DNA of 62,942 nt, filler included, from Hausera hauseri (taxonomy: Eukaryota): the NCBI GenBank assembly GCA_046269625.1. It is 13 parts of 13 records of this genome, joined end to end, with 100 filler letters (N's around TTAATTAATTAA, not from the genome) between each part and the next. Parts side by side here need not be neighbours in the genome. Positions count along the whole stretch, not along the records: positions 21,160 to 25,262 come from JBJURY010760651.1; positions 25,363 to 29,338 come from JBJURY010845191.1; positions 29,439 to 33,445 come from JBJURY010824083.1; positions 33,546 to 40,266 come from JBJURY010072105.1; 9 more parts are not named here. The stretch is one strand, 5' to 3'. Shown piece by piece: positions 23,615 through 37,173 of this stretch (position 1 is the first letter of the stretch; every line of letters begins with the position of its first letter). Under the pieces are notes generated by a model, which was not told the DNA's origin, ran no database searches, and saw nothing but the letters and a program-made list of their open reading frames with translations. Both the position numbers and the translations under genes were made by a program.

Positions 23615-24599
23615 ATTGTAAATGCAATTGTAAATACAAATATTCTAATATATAAATAATTGTCGAATGCTGACGTTGATGAGAACCTCAAGAAGGCATA
23701 CCAATTCTTGAAGCTAATCAATGATAAATCTGATTTCGAATACGATGAGTCTAATGAAGAATACTTGATTCATATACATTTACCATATAATTGTTTTTTT
23801 TTCTATGGTGGACGAGCTATATCTGTTAAAGGAAATAATCTGCGGTTTTCTCAGAGTCCACGGTTGTCTATCACGGGTCTTACGACAAAGAGATCCAACG
23901 ACACCTTGCTCTACAGCTGTTATGGACTCAGGACTAGAAAAAAGGTAGGCAAATTTACTATATTTCTATTTTGTAACAATTTGTTAAATAACACCAACCA
24001 AAGCCGTTCAATCACTACACTCAAGTTTCCTCAGTGTAGATAATTCGTCTTACAAATTTGCCTGCCTACCCAATAAACTAAGTAATAATACACATTACGT
24101 GATGTATCATTCAGAAAGTATGATATACAAGGTTGTCGAAAAATTACCAGACGTATGTCCTATTTTAGTCATTACATCACTCTCTGACACTTATTTTCAT
24201 TACCCTAATGCCTGTGGTATACAATCTGGTACTATACCGTTTATTGAAAATATACCAAATGAACCATCGCAAAGAAAATTTACGATCCCGCGGTCAGAAA
24301 GATCAGTCAATACAATGCCGAGAGGTTGGGCGCACCCGTGTCCTATGTACCACATTATACACTGAATATAGCTGGAAACTTCATCTCCTTTACTGTCTTG
24401 CTTGAAAACAGACACATATGTATATATACTACATACATCATACTGCTTCTATCGCTCTTTATCTGGCGTGCTTCAACGAGAAATATTCTCGACTAATTTT
24501 CGTTTTAGTTTTAACGGATTTTTTTGCAGCAAACATACATTATCACTAACTACACTCGCTGCTCTTCGACAACTATAGCTACTGCATACTATCGTCTGC

Positions 24600-25262
24600 T
24601 AAGTGGATGTGATCCAAAAACATCTTCTAAGGACCAACAAGATTTTGCCGACATTACCACTATAAATGTACCGTTAAATTCACCTCTAACCCCGCCATCT
24701 ACTGTAAATCTACCTTGCGTAGAATACTTCTTCGACAAGCAGCACTCCAGCCGGACGTGGTTAGACTTTCATGCGGCTTGGTTGAAATCAAATAATATTG
24801 TCGACTCGATTCTTAAAGCAAACAGTTTGCATATACTCTTGCCTTCTAATATTAAGTCTCAACTTCCCAATTTATCGGAAATTTTCCAAACTAGTGACCC
24901 ATATAAAACACTTTTAACTATATTTTAAAAATCATCGAACCGTCCTTAGATAATATCATCCATAAATATTTTAACAACAACACCATAGGAACATTAAAAC
25001 CCTCAGAATTTCTACAAACCTCACTAACTCAATTGAGCACCCTTGGCGTTAATCAAGCAAATAACGCCGATTTACTACGCAAGTGTTTTCTACAGTCTTT
25101 ACCAAGAGACATACGTGCATTATTTACCATAGTAGAGGACACATCGTCACGACAAAAACAAGCACAACTGACTGACAAAGCCACGAGTTTTTGCATGCAC
25201 ATACAGCCCCATTCGCAGCCGCTACGTTACAGGCATCAAAAAATCAACAAGTTAGCGACATA
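24600..25262 (+). pseudogene. gag: Gypsy family B gag fragment
   Basis: CVEYFFD..SSRTWLDFH..WLKSN..DSILKANSL, LKPSEFL and ADLLRKCFLQSLP are homologous to the gag regions at 15345-15848 and about 40490-41188. Confidence 0.78.
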
Positions 25263-25362
25263 NNNNNNNNNNNNNNNNNNNNNNNNNNNNNNNNNNNNNN
25301 NNNNNNTTAATTAATTAANNNNNNNNNNNNNNNNNNNNNNNNNNNNNNNNNNNNNNNNNNNN

Positions 25363-25725
25363 GAAAAAAAAATGGCCAACACGGAAAGTTGCCGACATGA
25401 AAAAATGGCCGACAAGAAAGAAAAATGGCCACATGGAAAAAAAATGGCCAACACAAAAAGTTATCGTCATGAAAAAAATGGTCAACATTAAAAGTTGAGA
25501 TAAGAAAAATGGTCGACCTAAAAAAAATTGCAGACGTTAAAAGTCACCAACATGAAAACAAATGGTCCTGGTCCACACGAAAAGTTGCTGACATGAAAAA
25601 ATGGCTGACATGAAAAACAAATGGCAGACAAAAAGTGGTCGACATGAAAAGTTGCTGACATGAAAAAATAGCCAACATGAAAAGCTACCAACATGAGAAA
25701 CAAATAAAGACATGAAAAAATTTTC
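25363..25725. repeat. Degenerate minisatellite with about 17-19 bp units (AAAATGGCCGACATGA / AAAGTTGCCGACATGA alternating)
   Basis: About 20 imperfect units are directly visible. Confidence 0.85.
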
Positions 25726-26651
25726 AGAGTGCGTTATTGATTTAGCCAACCGTATTGGAGAAGCTGGGTCATTCAAGAAGTTAAATTTTGACATTTTTAT
25801 GTGGCATCACGAAAATATAGCCGTATCGTTTAAAATAACTGTTCATTTTTCAAGCCACGTATAAAGATTAATCAGTTAATGTCCCAGATAGGAATGATAT
25901 TGGAAATACTTCGGCTGTTATCGAATGGAACGTTAGTATAAACTATGTGATGGGGTTATCGAAGTTTCCCATTAATCGACGTATCAGAACTCCAATTCTA
26001 CAGAGCGATTACCAAGTCTCTCCATAATGTCCTATCTAAATACATGGAATTTAGTGAAGGACTTGGTAATCACCCTCCACTATATGGATTAAAAGAAAAC
26101 AATAGATGAACAACGTTGGATATATGCAAAACAGTAGTCTTTTCCGTTTTTGAGAAACTTGTAATTGCACCTTTGTTGAAGCCATGTATGTTCTTGTAAT
26201 AAGTATTTTGACTAATTTCACTTCCAAATATCATCTTTAGGATATTAACTAAATTGGACGCATTGCACAAGTAACATAAGTCGCCCATTGCACTTTTCGG
26301 AGTCGAGAATCCATAACGTCAACTTAAATGCAAAATTCTTTTGTATCCTTTTTATTATTTTAAGTGGAATAATATTATATACAAGCATTACAATTATTAT
26401 TTAAGGAATATATTTTAGATTCGCAGAAGATCAAGAAAACACACTATTAATAGCAGACTAACTCGAAAAAATGAACGGACATTTCTTTTAAGTTCAAAAT
26501 TTTTAAACGTAGTTGGGTAAACTTGAACAAGTACGAAGAACTATCATATTTTAAAACCTCAACAAGTGCATTATTTTGACTTCGTTGGGAAATTTTTTCA
26601 CTTTATTAATAAGCACCCACTGACAGTTAGAAACGTTGCAAAGTTTCTACT

Positions 26652-27262
26652 TAGAGAGTCTTTCAAATTGAGCGCTTTTTAAACAAATATTGAACACATA
26701 ATTTGAACTAATTAAAAAAACTTTCATTTATTTTAGACGTACAATGAATGACAATTATACATGGAAAATAATATCTCCAAAGTGACCACCTCTAGCCTAC
26801 TTATAGTGGGTCATTCTTTTATCAAAATTTTCGATGACATTTTTGCATAATTTTGATAACCCGTATAATCTCCGCTTGCAAATCAGGAATCGTTTGTGGA
26901 CCTGGCCTTTCACGTAATCCCACAGAAGTCAAGCGGTGTCAAATCACATGACCTCGGTGGCCAATTCACCTCACCATTTCTTGAGATTACGCGTCCGGGA
27001 AAGCGAGTGTGCAATAAATCCATTGTTTCTTTGGCTGTATGACACGTAGCACCGTCTTGTTGAAACCACATGTCAGTGAGATCCATATTTACCAATTCCG
27101 GCCATAAAAAGTTAGTTATCATGTTACGGTATCGGACTCCATTGATGGTTACGGCATTACCAGCATCATTTTCGAAAAAGTACGAACCAATGACACCGCC
27201 ACTCCAAAATCCAGACCACACAGTCACCCTTTGTGAATGCAGTGGCCTTTCTTGGATCACAT
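26652..27262 (-). mobile_element. Mariner-like (rosa/DD41D-type) transposase 3' fragment with right end
   Basis: PLHSQRVTVWSG, IGSYFFE, WFQQDGATCHT and WPPRSCDLTPLDF, followed by GGHFGDIIFHV* after an internal deletion. Confidence 0.85.
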
Positions 27263-28059
27263 GAGTAGATGGAAAGGAGCACATAAGGCCAACCCCTCAC
27301 AGGGAGGAAAACTTGATGTAGTTCGTGGAGGAGTCAAAAGGTAGAAAAAATAATACACATGTACACGATTAATATTGTGGATATAGGAGACACAGTTATG
27401 AAAGTGATACGCACAAGCACACGTACTGCAAGGTTTATAAACGCACTTCAAATTTTGAATTTCGCGCCAAAATTTTTTAAATTTTAATTTTCGTATATTT
27501 GTTTTAATTTCACAAAGTTTATATAAATATTACTGTGTCAAATGGAAGTAAAGCCAATTAGAATAATCATTTAAGCGAATGGCAATTTTTTATAATTCTG
27601 CTCACCTATATTAATTCATTATGCGGAATAGCAAATTGGATTTCAAAGGTGAAATTAAGCGACCGACAGAAGAAAAATGCAGTGGGAAAATAGATTGTAT
27701 TCAGTCCCTAAATGAAATACCGAATTAAAGTTTTTTATCAAAGGAAGACTATGTAGAACATTCAGTTTGAACAACATGTATATCAAATATTAAGGAAGAT
27801 TTTAAAAGAAGACAGAGAGACGTTTTACTTCTGTGTAGTATCCTTGTGGGATCGCCTGTAATATTTTTATCAAGATTTGTACTTTAATAAAGGTTTTTAC
27901 TTAGTAATAAATGTTATTGAATTTTAAGTGAAATTACAAACTGAATAGGGTTAAGGAAAAAAATAGAAGGATAAAAATATTTATTGGTATGAAATATACG
28001 AAGAAAACTAAATACAATAATGTTCAAATGCGACACTTTTGTTTTGGTTTATTTAGTAT

Positions 28060-29338
28060 CTTTTGTCATCAAACGGGTCCAGTGCCTTCTTTGTGGTGCT
28101 GATCGTCATTAACGGGTGATTTTTTGTCCCGATACGCTCCTAATCAACAGTTGTCGAACATCCATTTTCATATGCCTGTTGATGGTTGGTAAACTCTAAG
28201 TGTGTTTGTTTCAGATTTATTCCTTTGCATTTGAGAACAGGTCTGCTTTGAGTTTTCAATGCATAACATTTTGGTATCAAGAAAATTGCCTCTTGATATT
28301 CAACACAACCCCCACTTTCATCCTAAAATTTTCCCATTATAGACGCGAAGCGAGTAGAGTAAAGCGTGTCGCTGATATCATAGTTGGGAGTGTCAAGTGT
28401 TCATTGGCTATCATTGCCGGCAAGAGCTGTTTTCACAATTCAACACCATGGCATTCGAGGAAGAAACTGTCCGTGTCACCAGCAATAATATTTAACTCAC
28501 AATTGAACTGTTGCCTGTAAGACTCCAATTCTATATAATTTAGCTCATGTATTCTCAACTTAGAAAGATCCATAACAACCTGTCCAATGCACAAGGGTCT
28601 ATCTAATGTAACAATGTCTTTATCTAGAAGAACGGCAACCAAATCATCGGCTACAGTAATACTTTGTTTAAACTGTGGCTTATTAGCATAAGTAATAAGC
28701 TTCTTAGCATTATTACAAAGTGTTACTTTTGACATTTTGAGAAGATTTTCAACTGTTTTGCCGTATAAGCTATTGTTCTTGAGCTCAAAGAAGTCCTTCT
28801 CAAAAAAATTAGTCGCTGCAGCCATCTTAGTCGTATTTAAATCGATTTAATACTTAAATATATAACCCTAGTCGAACTCAACAGCGCGATGAACCTTTTC
28901 AACTACAGCGCCTAACTCTGTACAACTGTAAGAGCCGATAATGATCAACATAGTTGGACTTACGCCGATGTGTCAGCAAGAATTTCTTTACTTTGGAATC
29001 AGGAGCTCATTGGTTGATTGGAACAAGAGACAGTTGGTCTAATTTATCGTGCTTGTCTGACTGGATGCTTAAATCAACCTCAAAGACTAAACCTCGTTTT
29101 TCTCAAACGTTATCAAGGAAGGGTAATAGCTCAAGCAGGCTGTTTAAATTTTCCTCATCATAAATCCGAGTCAAATTCGCAAATGACAAAGGTTGAGATA
29201 AATCCCAACCGTACAAAATTATTTACATCTATATACAAGAGACTGGTGCTTTCATCTGTTACAACCCTATGCTTATTTACAAAAGTCACCACCGCGAATA
29301 CCCGACTGAAAAATCTGTACATTTAAAGATCTTGAATA
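28060..29338 (-). pseudogene. Polinton protein-primed DNA polymerase B, C-terminal half
   Basis: LLYIDVNN (Pol A), KNNSLYGKTVENL (Pol B), IIAGDTDSFF (Pol C) and NDDQHH near the end. Frameshifted. Confidence 0.88.
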
Positions 29339-30249
29339 NNNNNNNNNNNNNNNNNNNNNNNNNNNNNNNNNNNNNNNNNNNNTTAATTAATTAANNNNNN
29401 NNNNNNNNNNNNNNNNNNNNNNNNNNNNNNNNNNNNNNTGTATTTATACTGAAATGTAACAAATAAATTATATTGATTCACGAAAACAAACTGAGCAAAA
29501 TAATACATATTTATGATTAAATACGGTCAATTAACTTTTTCATCACAATACAAAGCGATGCAGAAATTCAAGTCCAATGAGGAAATTAATCCGCTGTTGT
29601 TGTTGTTGTTTTTGCCTTATTTGATTCTCGATACGTTTTACGAAGAGCGATCTGACTATCAATTCAATATTACTGTACCAATAAAGTGCATGGCACTGGT
29701 AGTTGCCCTAGTGCAATGGAGCAATACTATGGCACCATAACGGTGCACAGTAAATGGGCCTGTATGTCCCGGTTGTTCTATAGCTGATGATTAAATCAAC
29801 TATGAACAATTTTATAATTAGCACCATGACCACTTAAACCAATTTAAGCGGTCGGAAAAACAATTATTACTGACCGCAGCAAAAAGCAGCAGCAGCAGCA
29901 GCAGCAGTATTCCCTCAACAAATAGGAAACGTCAGGCATCAACAAGCCTTGATGAATACATGCACAACAACAGAAATCAAAAATAGCAGAACAGTAGGAA
30001 CAGATGCAACACGGGGAGGAACCACTCTTTACTATTATGTACGGTCTGAAAAAATCATACTTGGATATAAGTGAACAAGTCAAGGACAACAACAACAACG
30101 CAATTGAGACATGTTCCATCCATTGTGCAAAACCGGTTGGAATCTGAAGTAGACAAATTCCAACACCACCACAACTGCAGAGTGCAGTATTATGCACTTG
30201 CAGAATTCGAAAACGTTCAAGGCGACAGGAAACAATGGTACCTGTAACA

Positions 30250-33206
30250 TCGAGCTTTACCATATACGGAGGATTTTATATCTGATATTGACGAAAAGCT
30301 CGAGGAGAAAATCTCCAACTACACGGAAACGGGTAGTGGATGGCGAACTGTAAAGATTGTCACTCTCGGAGTTCATTCGTACCGACAACTGCAGCTCTAA
30401 GCACTCAAAAACTGTAGTCAGTGTAGAAAATAATAGCGACTAATACTGTTTTTTTACAGTATTTTAGCCATATTAAAATATGACGAAGTGCCCAGAAATC
30501 GTGCATATCTTTCAAAAAAATATCGTCAGTATTTTTCCGAATTGGACTTTGATGAAAGCTGGATGCCGATGAAACTCAAAACCATTTCGGCTTTTGAACG
30601 GCGTAATCCGACACTGTCAGTCAACGTTTTTCGGTACAACTCAGTATTAGAGATACTGGCAGATGAGGAAATTTACAAAAATCCTGACGTGGATATAATC
30701 TATCGAAGTCGGAACCCTAATTGACGTCCAATATACTTGTTGCTGTTGGAACAGGCAGAAAAATTTTATTACGTGACATTATCAAATCTGGACAGACTAC
30801 TGAACATGGACCATGACCAATTTATCTAAAAACATACACTGCAAATAGTGCCCTATATGTTTTCATGGCTTCATATCAGAAGCGACATGAAAAAAACACG
30901 TGGCGCTATGCAAATGAAACGTATCGGGAACAACAATGTACGTCAAGGAGCTGAGATTTAGTGACTGGTCGAAAACGGATAGTCCTGCATATATGGTCTA
31001 TGCCAATATTGAAACAATTCTACCGCGGCACAACGTATACGACCAAAAGCACATTTCAATCGTCGTCGGTATGTGTCTAGTACCAATAGAAGCCATTGAA
31101 CAAGCGCAGTATTACATTTTTTACGGATGAAACTGTGTACATGATTTTCTGCACCGGTTGAAGGCAATAGTGAAAGCGGAAATCAAACCGTAGGATAGTA
31201 ACAACAGCACTAAGCCTTTGATCTGGACAGACGAAGACGAACACCTTACGTTTGCAGTCACAGATAAATGCTACCTGTGCCACAAAATATTACCATTTGA
31301 TGAACTGGAACAACTCGTGTCTGATCACGACCATTTTACCGGACGATACCTGGGAGCAGAATACAATTCATGCAATTTGACAAGGTGTGTGCGGCTATTC
31401 GTATCGGTGGTATTTCATAACTTTAGGGGTAATGATTGTCACCATGTTCTAAAATGGACCATTAATGGATTTCCACACTGGGAACTGTTTATAATCCCAA
31501 TAACGATGGAAAAATACCTGTCTCTGTCGGCAGGCATAAACCGGTTCCAGGTGCGAATCCTTGACTCATTACAGTTCCTCAATGAGTCTCTAGAAAAGCT
31601 GGTAAATGCCTTGCCGGGTATGCCGTTAACACCAACGCAGTTTCCGATGCATACTGCACGTAGCAAAGGCATATTCCCGTATGACTTTGCTGTATCGTAC
31701 GAGCGGCTTCAGACAACAGAGGAATTGCCGCCCCCGTGGCCCAGTATAACAGTAGATGAATATCGCACAGCACAGGATTATTGTTCAGCGCTCGGCTGCA
31801 GAAGCGTATTTGATTACATGCTCCAGTATCTGAAACTGGACGTGTACTTGCGGGCCGACGTGTTTCAGACATTTCGGACTAAGGTGTTGGCGGAAGATAG
31901 GCTGGAGCCGCTCAACTTTTACTCCATACTGAGAATGAGTTGGGTGTCGGCTTTGATATCATTGAAGCGGGACACTGAGCTGTTGCAAGACCCAGAAATA
32001 TACCGACTGTTTGATCGTGGTATTCGTGGCGGCATGACATTTGTCAACAATATTGTCTGGAGGCAATATTGGAAAATTTATCGAGAGCAGACACGACAGA
32101 AAACAGCTCATTCGGCTACTTGATGGAAGTTGATCTCGTGGTACCGGATAAGTTGCATGACGCTTTGGACCAATTGCCTGTCGCACCAATCAGTCAATAT
32201 CCGCTCGGCGGTTCAAAGGTGAAGAAACTCGTCATGACGCATGAACCGAAGTCGAATTACATGGTCCATTGGCGTCTGCTAAGTTCTACATACAGCTCTG
32301 AGTACACGTCACACAGCTGCATTGCGAAATCTAATTCAATCAGGCTCCGATAATAAAGGCATACATTGACGGAAATTCAGAAAAATGAGCCGAAAAGTTC
32401 AAAAAAGACTATTACAAGTTGAGAAATAATTATCTCTACGGCAAAACAGTAGAGAACCTAAAATGCGACTCAGTGTGCGTCTATGTAACTGGGAAAAGTG
32501 GCTGGTTGAGTTCACGAGTAAGGCGAAATTTCGGCGGTCAATGTACATTGCCAAAGGATTGGTTGCGGTGTTGTTAAAGAGAGAAGAAGTCGTACTGGAC
32601 CGGCCAAGTTACATCGGACAAGTGGTATTCGATTTGAGAAATTTGCGGATGTACGAGCTGCAGTATCGCGATTTCACACATTACCGGCAAATGTTCGATG
32701 GCTGTGATATAAGTATCGTTGCAAGTGACACAGACAGCTTTTTCCTTTAGCTGAGAAACGTCAATCGCGACCAACTGCTCCGGTAAATGATAGCAGATGG
32801 ATTACTGGATACGTCAAATTACCCACAGAATCATCCGCTGTATAGCAACGCCATAACAAACAAAATCGGCTGCTTCAAAGATGAAAGTGAAGGCCGTGTT
32901 CAGTACCGAGAATGGATATTCCTGCGTCTCCTGACGGACTGTGGACCGAAAGTGCGCGAAAAAGGCGTTCAGCTGTCCCAGACGGAAATAAACCATGGTG
33001 ATTATCGCCATACCTCTGAAGCAGCAGCAGCAGAAGAAGAAAATGGAGGACGACAAGGAGGACAATCAATGACTGTGTTTCAAGCGAACATACGATCGAT
33101 TGAGCACCAGTTGTATAGTATTACAAACACAAAAATCGATTTATCATGTAATGATGATAAGCGAAAATGGGTGGGGCGAAATAAGAGTTGGGCGTATGGG
33201 AATTAG
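30250..33206 (+). pseudogene. Polinton/adintovirus pPolB with endonuclease-VII-like insert, near full length and decayed
   Basis: ETGSGW, CYLC..DHDHFTGRYLGA..SCNL (endo VII-like), HNFRGND (ExoII), SKGIFPYD, YLKLDV (ExoIII), GIRGG, LYGKTVEN, SDTDSFF, DTSNYP and DDKRKW..SWAYG. Many frameshifts. Confidence 0.92.
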
Positions 33207-33545
33207 CGTTTAAAACAACACACACACGTGATTCCTTATGTGTTCCGACGATTCGAGGCAGACAGTTACAGTCATTTGTACATTTTGACAATTACTGATA
33301 TCTTGTGATTTTATTGCTTATTGTTGTTATATCACAATAATGTATTTTTGTTCACTGACTTTTTTCTTTTTGTTTTATATAGTTATTTAATTTTCTTTAT
33401 ATTAAATGATGACTAAGAAAACGGTAGTTATAATTAAATTTTAATNNNNNNNNNNNNNNNNNNNNNNNNNNNNNNNNNNNNNNNNNNNNTTAATTAATTA
33501 ANNNNNNNNNNNNNNNNNNNNNNNNNNNNNNNNNNNNNNNNNNNN

Positions 33546-33725
33546 CCACAGGCAAAATACCAGGAAGTAGAAGCTGTGGTCAGCAAAGAACAAAGTGTCT
33601 GGATGGTTTGCAAGAATGGCTCAGAAGTAGGTCAACAGCAGAGATGATTGGGAAAACCAGTAATCACGAGAAAGTGAGATCAATGATGGCCTATGCTTCG
33701 CAGCATGGCACTTGGTGATGATGAG
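33546..33725 (+). mobile_element. RTE-clade LINE 3' end
   Basis: GQQRTKCLDGLQEW...RSMMAYASQHGTW* followed by a TGA-repeat tail. Confidence 0.6.
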
Positions 33726-36083
33726 CATTATTTGATGATTACAGGAGTGATTAACAATTGTCGTTTACTTCATCACTGACGGCACACACTCTCTAGCTTA
33801 AACATAGTGTTAATTATATATAATTTAATACTTGTCTTCATCTGACAGGTTTTTTCAAACGTTTCCTTAACCGTTGCAATGATCAGATTCACAATGATCA
33901 CATTTTCCCTTAACCGTTGCAATGGTAAAAGTCCTGCATAATGTACAATACAGCCCAAAATCTCGCAACACAATTCTACCCTTGCTGACAAAAGGAGGCA
34001 TGATGACTGAATGATGGATCGTAGGAGTACTAACTCTGTAATACTGCTAACATCTTGCGTCACGTCATTTGAGTTCTAAGATTCAGGAAAACCACCAGGA
34101 TCCACATTATTATCGGCTTGATGCACTGCAGGACCAGAATAATGTCGCAATAACAGCCACTGAACTAAGTGCAGAGAGATAATGTTCGCTATGACAAATC
34201 TCTGCAATCATTTCATTTGCTATCTTGCCAAATCTCGAGAGACAAGTAGGCCTATTTTAAAAAAATGAAGCCAAAAAAAAACAAACGCTTTTCAAGCCTT
34301 TAAACGTTACAGCATTGCGCACTTGTTCAAATGCCCCCACTACGTTTAGAAATTTTGAACTTTGAAAACATTTTCATTCTTTTTATCGAGCTAATGGTTT
34401 TTCAATCTTCAATTTATAATATTTTCTTGATGTTCTGTCAATTTAAAATGTATTGGTTTAATTCACAATAGCTCATTTCCTCGTGTATAAAATTTGGCTA
34501 TGCACATGACTGACCGCAAATTATATTCGATGGATATTTTTAAATTCGTCAGAACATCAAGGAAACGTTATAAATCGAATATTAAAAGAATATTAACTCG
34601 AGAAAAGTAATGAAAATTTTGACAAAGTTCAGAATTTCTAAACGCTGTTACATTTGGCTTTCTCGGCAAAACATTTTTTCATACATTAATCATCATTATA
34701 TTTCGTTATCATTATATTTCATTATATCATTATATGTTGTCTTAATATTAACAACACTGGACACCCAAAATATTGCTACAAATAATACATGTAAATATTC
34801 ATGAAATCAGAATTACACTAAAATAAAAGAAAGTGAAATAATATCAGTACAAAAATTTCAAGTTCAATAGTATGAGTCATCATTCGTAAATTTCAAATGC
34901 CGCCAAAACTGAGCTGTACTAGCTTTTGAAAATTTAATGCCAAATAGTAATGAGAATCTTCAGTTTATTTATTACTTTTTAACAGAAGTAAAATTTAGCA
35001 AAAATTTAACCAAAGATCGATTTTAGTAATTATCAAAAATTCACCATTACATCGGATGAATGCAATTAGTCAGGGCACAAAATTTGCAGCTTTTTTGTCA
35101 ATCTCGATAATCACCGGGCACTATAATAAACCACCAAGTAGCAAACATGTAAACATCAACGTGACTATTGACATTCACAGGCTATGTAATTAGTACACAA
35201 TGATCCAATGAACGCAAACACTGAACTCAAACAAAACACAATTCCTATTGGACAGTAATTACAAACACATTTTACATACTGACAAGGAAATTATTCGATT
35301 ACGAACTACCATCGATTACCATTTGTCAGAAATGTTACTATAAATAACAATAAGTCTCATTGCCTACCTCCGTAATGCAATTGAAAAAAAAGAACAGGTC
35401 AACTTTACTGCAATTACTCAACTGTAATTGACCGTATTATGTTATTTATAAATGGCAACAACAGACAAAATGACTCACTGATAACTCGGATGCAGCAAAC
35501 ACAGAGCGATTACATCAATTGCTCGACTTTGTTCGAATGCCATTTCACAACCACGCTAAACCGACATCGAAGCATAATCAATGGATTAATTCAACAAACC
35601 TGGTTATTCAAAATCGCCCGCATACATTTAAGACCCAAGTGCAAACTGTTCGTAACCGTCTCGTTAATCGGATTGCTCGTCCGGGACAATCGCGGTAGTA
35701 TTATTGCTTTCTGTCCGAATGTTGCGTCTCGAGTTAATCGACTGGATTTTGATTCGAGCACATGGACTGATGAACTGCGGGATCGAGTTTCGGCTTGCCT
35801 AAACAACAAACATTTAACGAAAGTCGGTGGCAGTCATTTTGGAAATAATAAAGAGAGCACGAGCAATTGTGATAAATTTGTAATATACATATAGTCTGTC
35901 AATAGGGTTCTCAGACTGGGAACGAAAGTAAAAATAAACTAAACTCTCTTTTAACATGTAGAATATTTATAGACTAGACTTTCAGTTATTTAGCAGAATT
36001 AAAATCCCGTTAAAATAATTGATGGCAAATGCCAATGACGTTTCTAGTTAATTAATAATACAAATGATCACAATTTAGATATA

Positions 36084-36245
36084 ATGGGGTAAATTGAACA
36101 TATTTTAATAAAAAGGAAATCGATGAGTAAATTTCAATCCCACTGCCGTTAATTCGTACCGTATAAATAATTATTCAAATAAAGTAAATAAAATTAAAAT
36201 TTATTTATTGACTTCGCTTATTAAATTATGTTCAATTTACCCCAT
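36084..36245. mobile_element. MITE-like element with 19-bp perfect TIRs
   Basis: ATGGGGTAAATTGAACATA (36084-36102) and its reverse complement TATGTTCAATTTACCCCAT (36227-36245) flank an AT-rich interior. Confidence 0.65.
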
Positions 36246-37173
36246 GATACACAAGAGTTTATTTTGTATGGAAAATAATGATTGTCTTATAATAATAATA
36301 ATGATATATGAACCGGATTTAAATTAAGAAGCTTCCGAAATTAGGACACCTTTGCAAAAATTCACCAATTTTTAAAGTTAAATGTCCAATAATCAGCCTT
36401 TTTCAAAGAATTCACATGCCTGATTCGTTCATACAACCCTTAATGTCACACTATTTTCGTCAGATAAGAAATATTTAAATAACAATCAAAAATCATACTA
36501 ATACCATTCCGATACAGTAAACAATTAAATGAAATAAATACAAACTTAGCCCCATTTAGCCTCTGTAATTTAACCGATAATACATTTACCTATAAACATA
36601 TAGAATTAATTCATTTAAGCTTTTATATGAATCTGTGTATTTCCCAAATATAAAACTAATCAATAATTATTCAAAATAACCTAGATTTATATTACATATT
36701 ATCAAACTTTTTGCATAAAAATCTATATAGCATGCGTTAATTAATATACACATGCAAATAATTTATTTTACTTTCGTCCTAAGAATGGAGAACGCAAATA
36801 AAATAATGAAATGCAAATCATCTGTTCGAGGTGTCAAACAATTAATATCTAACAACTATGTCCAATTGGGTTTGGTGAGTTTTGTATTAAACTTACTATT
36901 ATTTTCTAAAAATCAAATGGTAGGGTTGAAGTGATTGATATATGAATTAACATGAATTAGAATTTTTACATTATAATTGGAAGAGTTCTCAAAGCAAATA
37001 ATATAGCCATATAGTATTAAAATATTTACAAACATTTATATTCATTTCATAACTTACATTTACTCCGTTATTGCATTTTTTAAACAAAGCTTTACATAAC
37101 TTTGCTGCCTTTTTATCTCTACTTATTATTCATGTTACTATTTTGTATTAAATTTTAGAGTATAAATTTTCAA

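Noticed and set aside
25363-25725. CRISPR-like repeat array
   Set aside because: There are no unique spacers, the units are degenerate and contiguous, the context is eukaryotic and there are no cas genes.
35439-35894. 151-aa ORF and overlapping reverse ORF
   Set aside because: No recognisable domain or splice support; it could be an exon of an unknown gene.
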